Below are positions 1 through 8,748 of a stretch of DNA of 33,973 nt, one piece after another; the first letter of the stretch is position 1, and each line of letters begins with the position of its first letter. The notes below the pieces were generated by a model. That model was not told where the DNA came from, ran no database searches, and saw only the letters and a program-made list of their open reading frames with translations. The position numbers and the translations under genes were made by a program. Source of the stretch: a virus. Its lineage: Duplodnaviria; Caudoviricetes. The stretch spans positions 1-33,973 of IMG/VR virus record IMGVR_UViG_3300045557_000081; one strand, given 5' to 3'.

Positions 1-357
1 TTAGGCAGTTTTCGAAATAGATTTTTCATTGCCGGTCTTAATTCTCTCAATGTCGGCAATGCGTGTTTCAAGCTCCTCAAATCTTCTAAGCAATCTTTCC
101 ATATTATCACCTTTCCCACCACCATCATTCCAGTCCTTATAGTTGGTCTTAACCATGTTATCCATAGAAATTCCAAAATAATTGGATAATCTTATCAAAT
201 GCTCTATATCCGGGGCCGAAATTCCAACTTCCCAGTTAGAAATAGCAGTCAAATTAGCGCCAATAACATCCCCAAGTGCGCGCTGATTAATACCCTTAAC
301 CTTGCGCAAATGCTTGATATTCAAACCAAGTAAAGATTTATCAAAAATATTTTCCAT
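1..357 (-). CDS. XRE-family HTH prophage repressor (c/CI-like)
   Basis: NIKHLRKVKGINQRALGDVIGANLTAISNWEVG..PDIEHLIRLSNYFGIS is a typical HTH_3 motif. Divergent from the early operon. Confidence 0.88.
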   Translation of the reverse strand: MENIFDKSLLGLNIKHLRKVKGINQRALGDVIGANLTAISNWEVGISAPDIEHLIRLSNYFGISMDNMVKTNYKDWNDGGGKGDNMERLLRRFEELETRIADIERIKTGNEKSISKTA

Positions 358-361
358 TTAA

Positions 362-394
362 GTTGGAAATTCCATTTTAATTGGATTATATTTG
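362..394 (+). promoter_or_regulatory. Early (Pe-like) promoter, Bacteroidota sigma-A type
   Basis: TATATTTG at 387-394 fits the -7 consensus TAnnTTTG. GTTG at 362-365 is -33-like, with a 21 nt spacer. Confidence 0.65.
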
Positions 395-408
395 CAGCAT
401 AACAATGG

Positions 409-416
409 CAAAATTA
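409..416 (-). promoter_or_regulatory. Repressor (Pc-like) promoter -7 element
   Basis: Minus strand reads TAATTTTG (TAnnTTTG), about 50 nt upstream of the repressor ATG. Confidence 0.55.
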
Positions 417-424
417 AGGCATAA

Positions 425-661
425 ATGAAGCAAAAGAAACATAAGGAAGTAAAATTTCCTGAAAATCTGAGAATTGCAGGTCAGTTAAAGAGCGGTGATA
501 GGAAGCGTATAGCAGTATTGACAGGCTATTCAGTCGCTCACATATATGATGTTTTTCAGGGTGACAGAAGGATCACCGACAAGATCGCAAAGGCAACCGT
601 CCAGGTATATAATGAACGCCGCGATATCAATATTTCTCTCGAAAAAATAGCAAATCAATAA
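425..661 (+). CDS. Ner/Cro-like small DNA-binding protein
   Basis: 78 aa, basic, HTH-like GDRKRIAVLTGYSVAHIYDVFQG. Lies between repressor and transposase. Confidence 0.7.
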   Translation: MKQKKHKEVKFPENLRIAGQLKSGDRKRIAVLTGYSVAHIYDVFQGDRRITDKIAKATVQVYNERRDINISLEKIANQ

Positions 662-668
662 AGTCGCT

Positions 669-2657
669 ATGGAAATCTATAACGGTCGTGTTGTATTAAC
701 CGGAGAAGAGATTATCGGAAATATCTGTACGAAATCCAAATACGACAATCTTAAGAGAGCCGGTAAACTGCGCGTTGTAAGAAGAGGTTGCAGGGGGAAC
801 ACATCTCTGATTGACTTCGAGACAATAAACGATCCCAAAATAAAACGACTGGTAGTTGAACGGATCGGTGATCCTGCGAAGGTTATAAAAACCGGCATCA
901 TCACCAGCGCAATATGTCATGACGAGGAAGCCCGCAAACTGTTTAACGAGCATATTACACCAAGCGGCCAGCACCTGCCGGCTGAGAGAATAAACGAGTA
1001 CATAGCCAATGCCGAGGTTCTTAACGCCATTAAGACTTTGCTGAATGACAAAAAGGCTATACGAAAAGTAACTACCAACAATCAAAGAGGAATCTGGGAA
1101 AGCATTGCTGAAAATCTTTCTTATCTCGACCGCCTGCGCTATCCTCACAGCCTGCCTGAAAATCCGGCCCGTCTCCGCGAAAAATTCAATAATTACCGCA
1201 AGGAAGGTTACTACTCACTCATTCATAAAGGATACGGCAATAAGAACACCGAGAAACTAAGCGAACTTTCAAAGTTGTGGGTGCTCGCCAGGTGGGCCAA
1301 CCAGGTCGAAAGAGTTACATCATTCGATCACATGTTCAGGCTGTACAATAAGGAAGCCGTTACCCAGGGATGGAAGCCTCTCGAAAGCCCACAGACAATT
1401 AGAAACTTCCTGGAAAGCGAAGGAATAAAGGAGCTATGGTACGGTTACAGGTACGGTGAATTGAAGAGTAAGGAAAAGTACTCGCTCCAGCATTCAACCA
1501 GGCTTCCGTCGATGCGTGACTCGCTATGGTACAGCGACGGTACAAAGCTCAATTACTTCTACCTGTCGGAAGCCGGCAAGATCGAGACTATTTCGGTTTA
1601 TGAGGTCATGGATGCATACTCCGAATGCTTCCTGGGATATCACATCAGCAAAAGTGAAGACTTTGAAGCACAGTTTAAGGCTTACAAGATGGCTGTTCAA
1701 ACAGCCGGTCACCTTCCGTATCAGATTTCGTTTGATAACCAGGGAGGTCATAAGAAGCTAGAAAATGCAGAGTTCCTTACCAAGCTTGCACGTCTCACAA
1801 TCAGCACCCAGCCTTACAACGGCAAGTCAAAAACAATCGAATCGGCCTTCGGCAGGTTCCAGGAACAATACCTAAAACAGGATTGGTTCTTCACCGGGCA
1901 GAATATCACTGCTAAAAAGATCGAAAGCCGCGCCAACATGGAATTTATCCTTGCTAATAAAGCTAACCTTCCCAGCCTTGAGCAGGCAACAGCCAGGTAC
2001 ATTGAGCTGCGTACAGCATGGCAAAATGCACCTCACCCCAAAACCGGCGTACCGCGTTCAGAAATGTACCGCAACAGCTATAACCAGGAAACAAAGCCGG
2101 TCGAATTGCAGGATATGGTCGACCTGTTCTGGATGCTGCGCCCTGAACCGGTAATGATGACCGCATACGGCCTTTCATTTACTGAAAAGAAGGTCAAGTA
2201 TGAATACCTGGTCTATTCAGGCGGTATGCCCGATCAGAAGTGGCTTGCTAAGAACATCGACCGCAAATTCTTTGTGAAGTTCGATCCTGACGATATGAGC
2301 ATGATTTACCTGTACGAAAAGGATGCTCTCGGTCTTCGCTTCGTAACTGTTGCCGAGACAAAAGTTACAGTGGCCCGTGGCAAACAGGAGCAGGAAAATT
2401 GGGAAACTACCTACATAACCAGGGTAAACAACACCAACAAAGAACTACGGGAAGACAGAAGCGTCAGGATGGACGATATCCTGAAGCAGTTTGACATGCT
2501 TCCCGAAAACTACGGACTCAAATCGCCGGCAATCAAGGGAATCACCAGCAAAGTAAAGAAAGCCGAACCGGTTGAATCAATTGGCCGCTACGAAAAGGCA
2601 GTTTCAAACGCAATAATCGAGGAGGAAGGAAAATCCGACCTCTACTCAATACTTTAA
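669..2657 (+). CDS. MuA-like DDE transposase
   Basis: 662 aa. Candidate catalytic triad WYSDGTK / FDNQGG / KTIESAF. Followed by an AAA ATPase. Confidence 0.9.
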   Translation: MEIYNGRVVLTGEEIIGNICTKSKYDNLKRAGKLRVVRRGCRGNTSLIDFETINDPKIKRLVVERIGDPAKVIKTGIITSAICHDEEARKLFNEHITPSGQHLPAERINEYIANAEVLNAIKTLLNDKKAIRKVTTNNQRGIWESIAENLSYLDRLRYPHSLPENPARLREKFNNYRKEGYYSLIHKGYGNKNTEKLSELSKLWVLARWANQVERVTSFDHMFRLYNKEAVTQGWKPLESPQTIRNFLESEGIKELWYGYRYGELKSKEKYSLQHSTRLPSMRDSLWYSDGTKLNYFYLSEAGKIETISVYEVMDAYSECFLGYHISKSEDFEAQFKAYKMAVQTAGHLPYQISFDNQGGHKKLENAEFLTKLARLTISTQPYNGKSKTIESAFGRFQEQYLKQDWFFTGQNITAKKIESRANMEFILANKANLPSLEQATARYIELRTAWQNAPHPKTGVPRSEMYRNSYNQETKPVELQDMVDLFWMLRPEPVMMTAYGLSFTEKKVKYEYLVYSGGMPDQKWLAKNIDRKFFVKFDPDDMSMIYLYEKDALGLRFVTVAETKVTVARGKQEQENWETTYITRVNNTNKELREDRSVRMDDILKQFDMLPENYGLKSPAIKGITSKVKKAEPVESIGRYEKAVSNAIIEEEGKSDLYSIL

Positions 2658-2676
2658 CCTTAATACCCTTAATGAA

Positions 2677-3525
2677 ATGTTAACCAGCACACAAAAAGAC
2701 CAGATTAAAAGCCTCCTGCGCTCATACGTCGACAGGATGGGCAGTCAGAACAAGGCAGCCAACAGCCTTAAAGGCGTTTCGAGCGCTACAATCAGCCTTA
2801 TTATCAACGATAACTGGGAGTCGATATCGGAAGATATGTGGCTCAACGTCGGCAAGCAAATAGGCTGGAGCGCTCAGCAATGGGTTGCCGTTGAAACCCG
2901 AGACTATTTACTCATTAACCGCCTGCTCGACGATGCAAGGCTTAACTCAAACTGCCTCGCTATCACCGGCGATTCAGGCTCCGGGAAATCATTCACGCTG
3001 AAGAACTACGCAGAAAACAACAAAAGAGTCTACCTGCTCGAATGCGCAGGATTCTGGAATAAGAAGATCTTCCTTCAGGAACTCCTCTCATCCATAGGCC
3101 GCGATTCAACCGGCCTCAACGTTGCCGAAATGATGGCAGAAATAGTCAGGGCGCTCAAGATCCAGGATAAGCCACTGATCGTTCTCGACGAGGCTGATAA
3201 GCTGAACGACCAGGTTCTCTATTTTTTCATCACCCTGTACAATTGCCTCGAGGATCACGCCGGCATAGTGATCATAGCAACCGACCACCTCGAGAAGAGG
3301 ATAAGAAAAGGCCTTCGCCTCAACAGGCAGGGATACAAAGAAATATACTCACGCGTGGCCCGGAAATTCATCGAGCTGCACGGTGTCGGATCGGTTGACA
3401 TCACAAAAATATGCCAGGCCAACGGCATCGAAGACCGGTCAATTATCAAGAACATCATTGAGGACAGCGAATATGACCTGCGCCGGGTGCGCCGGAAAAT
3501 TCACGCGCTGAAATCATCCATTTAA
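2677..3525 (+). CDS. MuB-like AAA+ transposition ATPase
   Basis: N-terminal HTH-like region, Walker A GDSGSGKS, Walker B IVLDEAD. Confidence 0.9.
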   Translation: MLTSTQKDQIKSLLRSYVDRMGSQNKAANSLKGVSSATISLIINDNWESISEDMWLNVGKQIGWSAQQWVAVETRDYLLINRLLDDARLNSNCLAITGDSGSGKSFTLKNYAENNKRVYLLECAGFWNKKIFLQELLSSIGRDSTGLNVAEMMAEIVRALKIQDKPLIVLDEADKLNDQVLYFFITLYNCLEDHAGIVIIATDHLEKRIRKGLRLNRQGYKEIYSRVARKFIELHGVGSVDITKICQANGIEDRSIIKNIIEDSEYDLRRVRRKIHALKSSI

Positions 3526-3537
3526 CAGACTATCAAT

Positions 3538-3570
3538 CACTCATTAAACACTCATTAAACAGCATTTAAA
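3538..3570 (+). repeat. 3 x 11-bp tandem units (CACTCATTAAA-like)
   Basis: cactcattaaa cactcattaaa cagcatttaaa. The last base is the A of the ATG at 3570. Confidence 0.75.
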
Positions 3571-4193
3571 TGGCGAGGAGAAGGGAGGCCAGGAGAGCGA
3601 TAAGCATATCGGAGCTAAGGGCTACGAAGTTCAATCAACTGGATTTTGACGGGCAATGGCTGGCAGCTATGGGGAAACCTGAATTAAGCGGAACAATACT
3701 GATCTACGGCCCTCCAAAGAACGGAAAAACACGCCTCTCCCTTCAATTCGCCAAATACCTCACAAGGTTTGAAAGAGTAGCTTATGATGCGCTGGAGATG
3801 GGAGTCGGCGTAAGCCTTCAGGAGGCAATCGACCAGACAAACTTCAGCCCGGTAGAGGAAAAAAGAATCCTACTGCTCGACCGGGAGCCCATCTCAGAAG
3901 TACGCACCAGGTTACTCAAAAAGAAGTCGCCAAATATCTTGTTCATTGACAGCCTTCAGTACACCGGACTCAGCTACAGAGACTACGTAGTATTCAAAGA
4001 GGAGTTCTACAACCGCATGAAGATATTCCTCAGCCATGCCGATGGCAAACAGCCCAGGGGAGAGGTAGCAAAGTCGGTGCAGTATGACGCCGATATCATA
4101 ATACGGGTTGAAGGATTCAAGGCATACACAATGAGCCGGTACGGAGGCGGAGAAACGATAACCATTTGGGAGGAGGGAGCAGCAAAATTCTAA
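3570..4193 (+). CDS. P-loop ATPase (RecA/KaiC/Sms-like fold)
   Basis: Walker A GPPKNGKT, Walker B LFIDS, RecA-like YDADIIIRV strand. Confidence 0.8.
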   Translation: MARRREARRAISISELRATKFNQLDFDGQWLAAMGKPELSGTILIYGPPKNGKTRLSLQFAKYLTRFERVAYDALEMGVGVSLQEAIDQTNFSPVEEKRILLLDREPISEVRTRLLKKKSPNILFIDSLQYTGLSYRDYVVFKEEFYNRMKIFLSHADGKQPRGEVAKSVQYDADIIIRVEGFKAYTMSRYGGGETITIWEEGAAKF

Positions 4194-4227
4194 CTAACTG
4201 AATAAACATCACTTAAACACCAGCAAC

Positions 4228-4476
4228 ATGAACGAATATGTATTTGACGAATTAGAAAAGCATCCTGCGCATTTGATGCTAAATCAAGTGGAGGCGGGTA
4301 TTTACATTGAACTTCTTGAAAAAGATATAAATAAATGGATTGGTGTACTGAAAAAAGTCATGTCGTACAGCTATGAGAGCAACGTAAAACGAGACTTAAA
4401 GGCTAATGAGATTACAAAAAGGATTCAAATTCTTGGTGATTTACTTGAGGAAATGAAAGAACAGACAGCCTGGTAA
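4228..4476 (+). CDS. hypothetical protein
   Basis: 82 aa AT-rich ORF filling the operon gap. Confidence 0.6.
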   Translation: MNEYVFDELEKHPAHLMLNQVEAGIYIELLEKDINKWIGVLKKVMSYSYESNVKRDLKANEITKRIQILGDLLEEMKEQTAW

Positions 4477-4490
4477 TAAACACAATTCCA

Positions 4491-5069
4491 ATGAAAACAG
4501 CAGTTCAAACATTCACATTCGATCCGCAAATGGTACGCCTCACCGTGTACCAGGATGGCAGGCAGATAAGCGCCTTTCAGGGGCCTTATGCCCAGGAAAA
4601 GTTTAACAGTCTCATCCTTCAGGGAGTCGACATAACACTTACCAACGTGAACCAGGAAGAATACCGCAAGCACCTTATAAGGAGCTTTCACGCGGCCCTT
4701 GCAAAACAGGGCATCATACAGTACAAGCCGGACATAGTTGGCCGGTATGCAGTGGAAAGTACCACGGAGCTTACCATTGAGCAGCTTAAGGAGCTGGTCG
4801 AAGAATTTAGTGATGGAAGGCGAAAATTCGACGACTCGCGCAAGCGCGCGCTCAGGAGTGAGCTTCTGGTACTTCTGAATAAAATGGGTGTGTACATGAC
4901 AAACGGCGACTGGAGTCTTGTCAACAACTTCTGCATGAAGCACACCGGCAAACTACTCTACCAGATGTCGGAGGATGAGCTGAAGAAAGCCAGGGCTCAG
5001 TTTAACTCAATCCTCGACTGGTATCTCAAAAAGCAATCGGAAACAGATCATCTTAAAAACCTCAACTAA
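4491..5069 (+). CDS. hypothetical phage protein (possibly GemA/DUF1018-like)
   Basis: ESTTELTIEQLKEL and WSLVNNFC..GKLLYQMSEDEL resemble GemA-like helical motifs. Early-region position. Function is inference. Confidence 0.55.
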   Translation: MKTAVQTFTFDPQMVRLTVYQDGRQISAFQGPYAQEKFNSLILQGVDITLTNVNQEEYRKHLIRSFHAALAKQGIIQYKPDIVGRYAVESTTELTIEQLKELVEEFSDGRRKFDDSRKRALRSELLVLLNKMGVYMTNGDWSLVNNFCMKHTGKLLYQMSEDELKKARAQFNSILDWYLKKQSETDHLKNLN

Positions 5070-5266
5070 TGGCACTCATTGCAACAAAGTGGATCGAGAA
5101 GGATCATCTCATTGAGTATCACAACTCGGTATGCCAAACCTGCCGGGGCGAAGGCAAATTCAAAGTACTCAAAGGTACGGTTGAAATGCCATGTACCGAA
5201 TGCCTGGGCAAAGGCATCGTCCGGCTCGAAAAGGATATCAAATTAACAATCAAACCAATAGAATAA
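5069..5266 (+). CDS. small zinc-finger protein (DnaJ-type CxxCxGxG)
   Basis: CQTCRGEG and CTECLGKG. TAATG coupling on both sides. Confidence 0.75.
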   Translation: MALIATKWIEKDHLIEYHNSVCQTCRGEGKFKVLKGTVEMPCTECLGKGIVRLEKDIKLTIKPIE

Positions 5267-5886
5267 TGAATCAGACAGACAAAAAGGACAAATGGGTAAA
5301 CGAAACCGGGATGGAAATCCCTTTCAATTACATCACTCCAAGCGACCGGGTTAAAGAGAGGGTAACAGCCTCACTGCTCCGGCGATCAAAGAGCATTCAC
5401 GACAGATTAGCTGAGTTTAAAGCTGATGCCGAGAGGTTGTGTAACCAGGTGCTGGCCAAAAGACTCGAGGAATTAAACGCAAAAGGCAAGACAATCGGAA
5501 AAGGAAATTTCATCTTTTACAACTACGACAGGTCTATTAAGGTTGAAATCGCCATCTCTGAACGCATCGACTTTGACGATATAACAATTCAGGCTTGCAA
5601 GGCAAAGCTGGATGAGTTTCTGAACGAAAACCTCGATGCTAAAACAGAATTTCTGAAGGAGCTTGTAACGGATGCATTCTCTACAAGTCGCGGCAAATTA
5701 GACAGCCGAAAAGTTCTCAGCCTGATGAAATGGCGCACAAAAATCAAGGATGATAAGTTTCATCAGGCCCTCGATTTATTGACCGAAAGCATTCGCAGGC
5801 CGGGATCAAAGACTTATTTCAGGGTATCTGAACGTGATAAGAACGGAGAGTACAAGGGCATTGATCTGAACTTCACATCTATCTGA
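5266..5886 (+). CDS. DUF3164-like protein (Gam-position gene of Mu-like phages)
   Basis: Likely start is the ATG at 5266 (TAATG overlap). Motifs KGNFIFYNYDRSIKVE, LVTDAF, SKTYFRV..Y..IDLNF. Confidence 0.75.
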   Translation: MNQTDKKDKWVNETGMEIPFNYITPSDRVKERVTASLLRRSKSIHDRLAEFKADAERLCNQVLAKRLEELNAKGKTIGKGNFIFYNYDRSIKVEIAISERIDFDDITIQACKAKLDEFLNENLDAKTEFLKELVTDAFSTSRGKLDSRKVLSLMKWRTKIKDDKFHQALDLLTESIRRPGSKTYFRVSERDKNGEYKGIDLNFTSI

Positions 5887-5892
5887 TCTGTC

Positions 5893-6291
5893 ATGAATCC
5901 GAATAGAAGGCCTACCTACCTGCCCGATCAGCTTGAAGCGAAGCGAAGCCAATTAGCTTCGCTTCAGGCCAGTGTCGTAATGCTGCGTATATGCCGGTAT
6001 TACGGCGTTCGCATGAAGGTTATCAAAACCCGCAAGCGTGATGGCCAAACGGCTGAAGCCAGGTTAGTAGCTCTCTATTTCATGACCGTAAACATGTCAC
6101 TATCACTCGGCTATATAGGCATGGCCTGCCTGAGAGATCACACAACGGCTATCTACGCTCGCGACACTATCGAAGAGCTGATCAAAGTCGACAGCGTGTT
6201 TCGCCGCCGCATCATTAGAATAGGATTTAAACTAATAAACCAGCAGCATGAAAATACAGATAATAGGACGAGTAACGGGGCTGCCGCGTGA
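5893..6291 (+). CDS. stand-alone DnaA C-terminal (domain IV)-like HTH protein
   Basis: ARLVALYF...SLGYIG..RDHTTAIYA resembles the DnaA domain IV signature (RDHTTV). Confidence 0.7.
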   Translation: MNPNRRPTYLPDQLEAKRSQLASLQASVVMLRICRYYGVRMKVIKTRKRDGQTAEARLVALYFMTVNMSLSLGYIGMACLRDHTTAIYARDTIEELIKVDSVFRRRIIRIGFKLINQQHENTDNRTSNGAAA

Positions 6292-6538
6292 GGCGGTGGT
6301 CGCCAAGTTCAGCGCCTCGGAAGAGAAGCTGAAAGAAGCCGGCTATGAGGTATGGAACCCGGTAAAGGAAATACCCGAAGATACCGACTATACCCAGGCA
6401 ATGCGCCTGTGCCTCCAGAACCTCTGCAAAGAGGAAACCAAAGCCATCGCTATCCAGCCCGACTGGTACATGAGCGATGGAGCCAAAACCGAATACATGG
6501 TAGCACACTCACTGGAGCTAATGTTCGTGTACGTATGA
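6248..6538 (+). CDS. DUF4406-like (nucleoside deoxyribosyltransferase-like fold) protein
   Basis: KIQIIGRVTGLP..F..E..L...GYEVWNP...W..SDGAKTEY.VA pattern. Confidence 0.8.
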   Translation: MKIQIIGRVTGLPREAVVAKFSASEEKLKEAGYEVWNPVKEIPEDTDYTQAMRLCLQNLCKEETKAIAIQPDWYMSDGAKTEYMVAHSLELMFVYV

Positions 6539-6732
6539 AGCAGATGAGTATAGAGCAGCTAAGGAGGCGCTCCAGGCGCTATCGTCTGCATCATTCAATC
6601 AGGAAACAAGGTTACACCCTGATAACGCGTAACAGAACTATATACGTTCCGGCAGGATATTCCGATTTTTCAAAACAGGTACTTGCATTACGCGATCAGT
6701 TTCAGTATTCCATTCAACCACAAATCTGTTAG
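6535..6732 (+). CDS. hypothetical basic protein
   Basis: Start re-called to the ATG at 6535 (ATGA overlap with the previous stop). MKQMSIEQLRRRSRRYRLH... Confidence 0.6.
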   Translation: MKQMSIEQLRRRSRRYRLHHSIRKQGYTLITRNRTIYVPAGYSDFSKQVLALRDQFQYSIQPQIC

Positions 6733-6734
6733 CC

Positions 6735-6971
6735 ATGAGCATGACGAAAGAGCAACTAAGCTTCGAAGCCATGAATGGCCGTATGGCTTTGAAACCGCAC
6801 TTAGAACCAGCAACCGGAATGTATGTCATGATCGGTTACAGCATACGCGGTAAATGGCCAAGACAAGGAACCGAATCGTTCAATAGTCTCGAAGATTGTG
6901 AGAACGAGATAAAAAACTGCGCCACTAATCATCCGAGGTGGTTTGTCGACGAACAAAACTATAAACCATGA
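6735..6971 (+). CDS. hypothetical protein
   Basis: 78 aa, tightly packed, ATGA overlap with the next gene. Confidence 0.6.
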   Translation: MSMTKEQLSFEAMNGRMALKPHLEPATGMYVMIGYSIRGKWPRQGTESFNSLEDCENEIKNCATNHPRWFVDEQNYKP

Positions 6972-7387
6972 AAAAGTTCATTCTCACCTCCGATGCATGG
7001 TCAGGCGAAATCACACTCGAGTACGACGATCTTCACCTGCTCATCAATATGAACCTCAAGGAAGCCGAGCTGAGCGAAGAGCAGCACCTGTGGTTCCTGC
7101 GCAACATGCCCAGGGAACTTGCCGAGCTTCAGAAGCTGCTTGATAAAAGCAAGTCGGCAAAGCTTACCGAAGCTCCCCAGGAAGTAACCTTCGAAATGTT
7201 CTGGGATGCCTACGACGAAAAGGTCAGAAGCTCAAAGAAAAAGGCGCTCAAGGTATGGAGCCGCATGACCGATGCCAACCGGTTAAAGGCTTACCTCTTC
7301 ATTCCGAAATATAACCGGTCAATCCTGCCCGGCTGTAACAAGAAATACGCTGAAACCTACTTAAACGCTGAATTATGGAACAACTGA
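6968..7387 (+). CDS. hypothetical phage protein
   Basis: VTFEMFWDAYDEKV..KKKALKVW...YAETYLN motif of the kind seen in phage replication-region proteins. Confidence 0.7.
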   Translation: MKKFILTSDAWSGEITLEYDDLHLLINMNLKEAELSEEQHLWFLRNMPRELAELQKLLDKSKSAKLTEAPQEVTFEMFWDAYDEKVRSSKKKALKVWSRMTDANRLKAYLFIPKYNRSILPGCNKKYAETYLNAELWNN

Positions 7388-7812
7388 AAAACCTCTGCAA
7401 CGAGTCATCTTTTGATATACGCAATATCCTCAGGTCAGTTAAGATGAGCGACGGTCAGATGACCGGTCAGATATTAACCGACCTCAGCAGGGCGCTGGAA
7501 CATGAAAAGGCGAATGCCAACAGGGCCACAGTTCTCTCACTGATCAGGAGCAAGATAGCTGAGATAAGGCGCTCTTCGAAGTTTGGAATGTATATGGACC
7601 CGGAGACACAGAACGACCTTATACTTAAGGCCCTTAAAAACGGCGATAAGCTTACTCCGCTCGACATGCTCAAGCGCTTTGGATACTTGCGCGCTTCTGG
7701 CCGCATCTTCGACCTCCGTATCAAAGGCCATGCTATTAAAACAACCATGATCAAAACCGGCGACGGGAAGAGAGTGGCTGAGTACTCGATAGAATTGACA
7801 ATTGAAAATTGA
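7375..7812 (+). CDS. protein with C-terminal winged-HTH
   Basis: ILKALKNGDKLTPLDMLKRFGYLRASGRIFDLRIKGHAIKT. Confidence 0.7.
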   Translation: MEQLKNLCNESSFDIRNILRSVKMSDGQMTGQILTDLSRALEHEKANANRATVLSLIRSKIAEIRRSSKFGMYMDPETQNDLILKALKNGDKLTPLDMLKRFGYLRASGRIFDLRIKGHAIKTTMIKTGDGKRVAEYSIELTIEN

Positions 7813-7824
7813 AAATTGAAAATT
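7793..7824 (+). repeat. 7-bp tandem repeat (AATTGAA) x ~4.5
   Basis: aattgac aattgaa aattgaa aattgaa aatt, directly before the ATG at 7825. Confidence 0.8.
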
Positions 7825-8022
7825 ATGGACTCAGCATCACAGCAAAAAGTAATAGCAGCCGGATTTACAATCATCCGTTGCGACGATACGCCAAGCCCTC
7901 GGATAAAATTCAAGGGTAAAGGAACCCACGAATGGGCAACTCTCGAAAAGTTTGAAACAAAGGCATCCCGCGACAGACGGTACAAAGAATTACTCACCAT
8001 TAGTTCAATGATTTCAGATTAA
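7825..8022 (+). CDS. hypothetical protein
   Basis: ATG at 7825 (MDSASQQKVIAAGFTIIR...) preferred over the TTG at 7816. Confidence 0.65.
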   Translation: MDSASQQKVIAAGFTIIRCDDTPSPRIKFKGKGTHEWATLEKFETKASRDRRYKELLTISSMISD

Positions 8023-8024
8023 CA

Positions 8025-8183
8025 ATGAAAAAGCTTCATGTACGAGTCGGTTTTAAAAACAAGCCTTCTCCAGGTGGTTACTACCACATAGCATTATTAG
8101 CCATCTCCGTCGCCAAAGACGGCTTTGCAATTCACCTACTTAACTTCTTTTTATCAATTTATCACGATGGAAACAACTCATAG
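8025..8183 (+). CDS. small hypothetical protein (52 aa, not in ORF track)
   Basis: Manual translation MKKLHVRVGFKNKPSPGGYYHIALLAISVAKDGFAIHLLNFFLSIYHDGNNS. Fills the gap exactly. Confidence 0.5.
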   Translation: MKKLHVRVGFKNKPSPGGYYHIALLAISVAKDGFAIHLLNFFLSIYHDGNNS

Positions 8184-8748
8184 AATAACACCCGGCTTCC
8201 TGCTTGCTACAGCGTGTCTCCTGGCATTATACATCCTCCTGGCTACATCATGCCGGCGCGATGATGATCTGTTCACAGCCTACAAAATCGAACGCGGAAG
8301 CCACGAATGCATAGGCTGGCGCGGCGAAATAGCTGATGCCGATCAGCACATCGAATTCTCATTCTCCGGAGGATGCGTTTACAGCGACTCCCTCTGTCCC
8401 GGATGGAACAAACTCTGGGGCTACTCTGACGGCTTCGACGGTATCCACGAAAACTCCAACCGGATCGCCTGGCGCTCCACCGGTAGCGGCATAGCACTGG
8501 CCGGTTACTTCTACGTTCGCGGTCAGCGGATCATCCTCCCCATCGATACCGTGTCTCCCTGGCATGTTAATACCGGGCGCATCTATTGGCAGCGCGGTGC
8601 TTACATCGTTGAAATCAATGGTAACTACTGCATAGCCAGTCAACCTGTCGAACCTAAGGGTGTGCTTTTTCAGTGTTATCCCTATTTCGGAGGCCCGGAA
8701 CCGGCTCCCCAAAACATGACCATTTACATTAAACAATACGAGCAATGA
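8167..8748 (+). CDS. lipoprotein with putative ConA-like/PL14-like jelly-roll domain
   Basis: ATG 8167, hydrophobic stretch, LATS-C lipobox followed by RRDDD. Motifs WNKLWG, NSNRIAWR, YPYFGG. Confidence 0.6.
   Translation: METTHRITPGFLLATACLLALYILLATSCRRDDDLFTAYKIERGSHECIGWRGEIADADQHIEFSFSGGCVYSDSLCPGWNKLWGYSDGFDGIHENSNRIAWRSTGSGIALAGYFYVRGQRIILPIDTVSPWHVNTGRIYWQRGAYIVEINGNYCIASQPVEPKGVLFQCYPYFGGPEPAPQNMTIYIKQYEQ

Noticed and set aside
1-60. Phage left end / transposase binding sites
   Set aside because: The window starts at the repressor stop codon. No TG...CA terminus or end repeats could be identified.
677-2178. Many antisense and alternate-frame ORFs within the transposase and structural genes
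   Set aside because: They are fully nested in well-supported genes and show no recognisable motifs.
5191-5265. Extended starts of ORFs 5191, 6352, 8125, 12399 and 13740
   Set aside because: They overlap upstream genes or promoters. Coupled or leader-supported downstream ATGs (5266, 6535, 8167, 12423, 13725) fit better.
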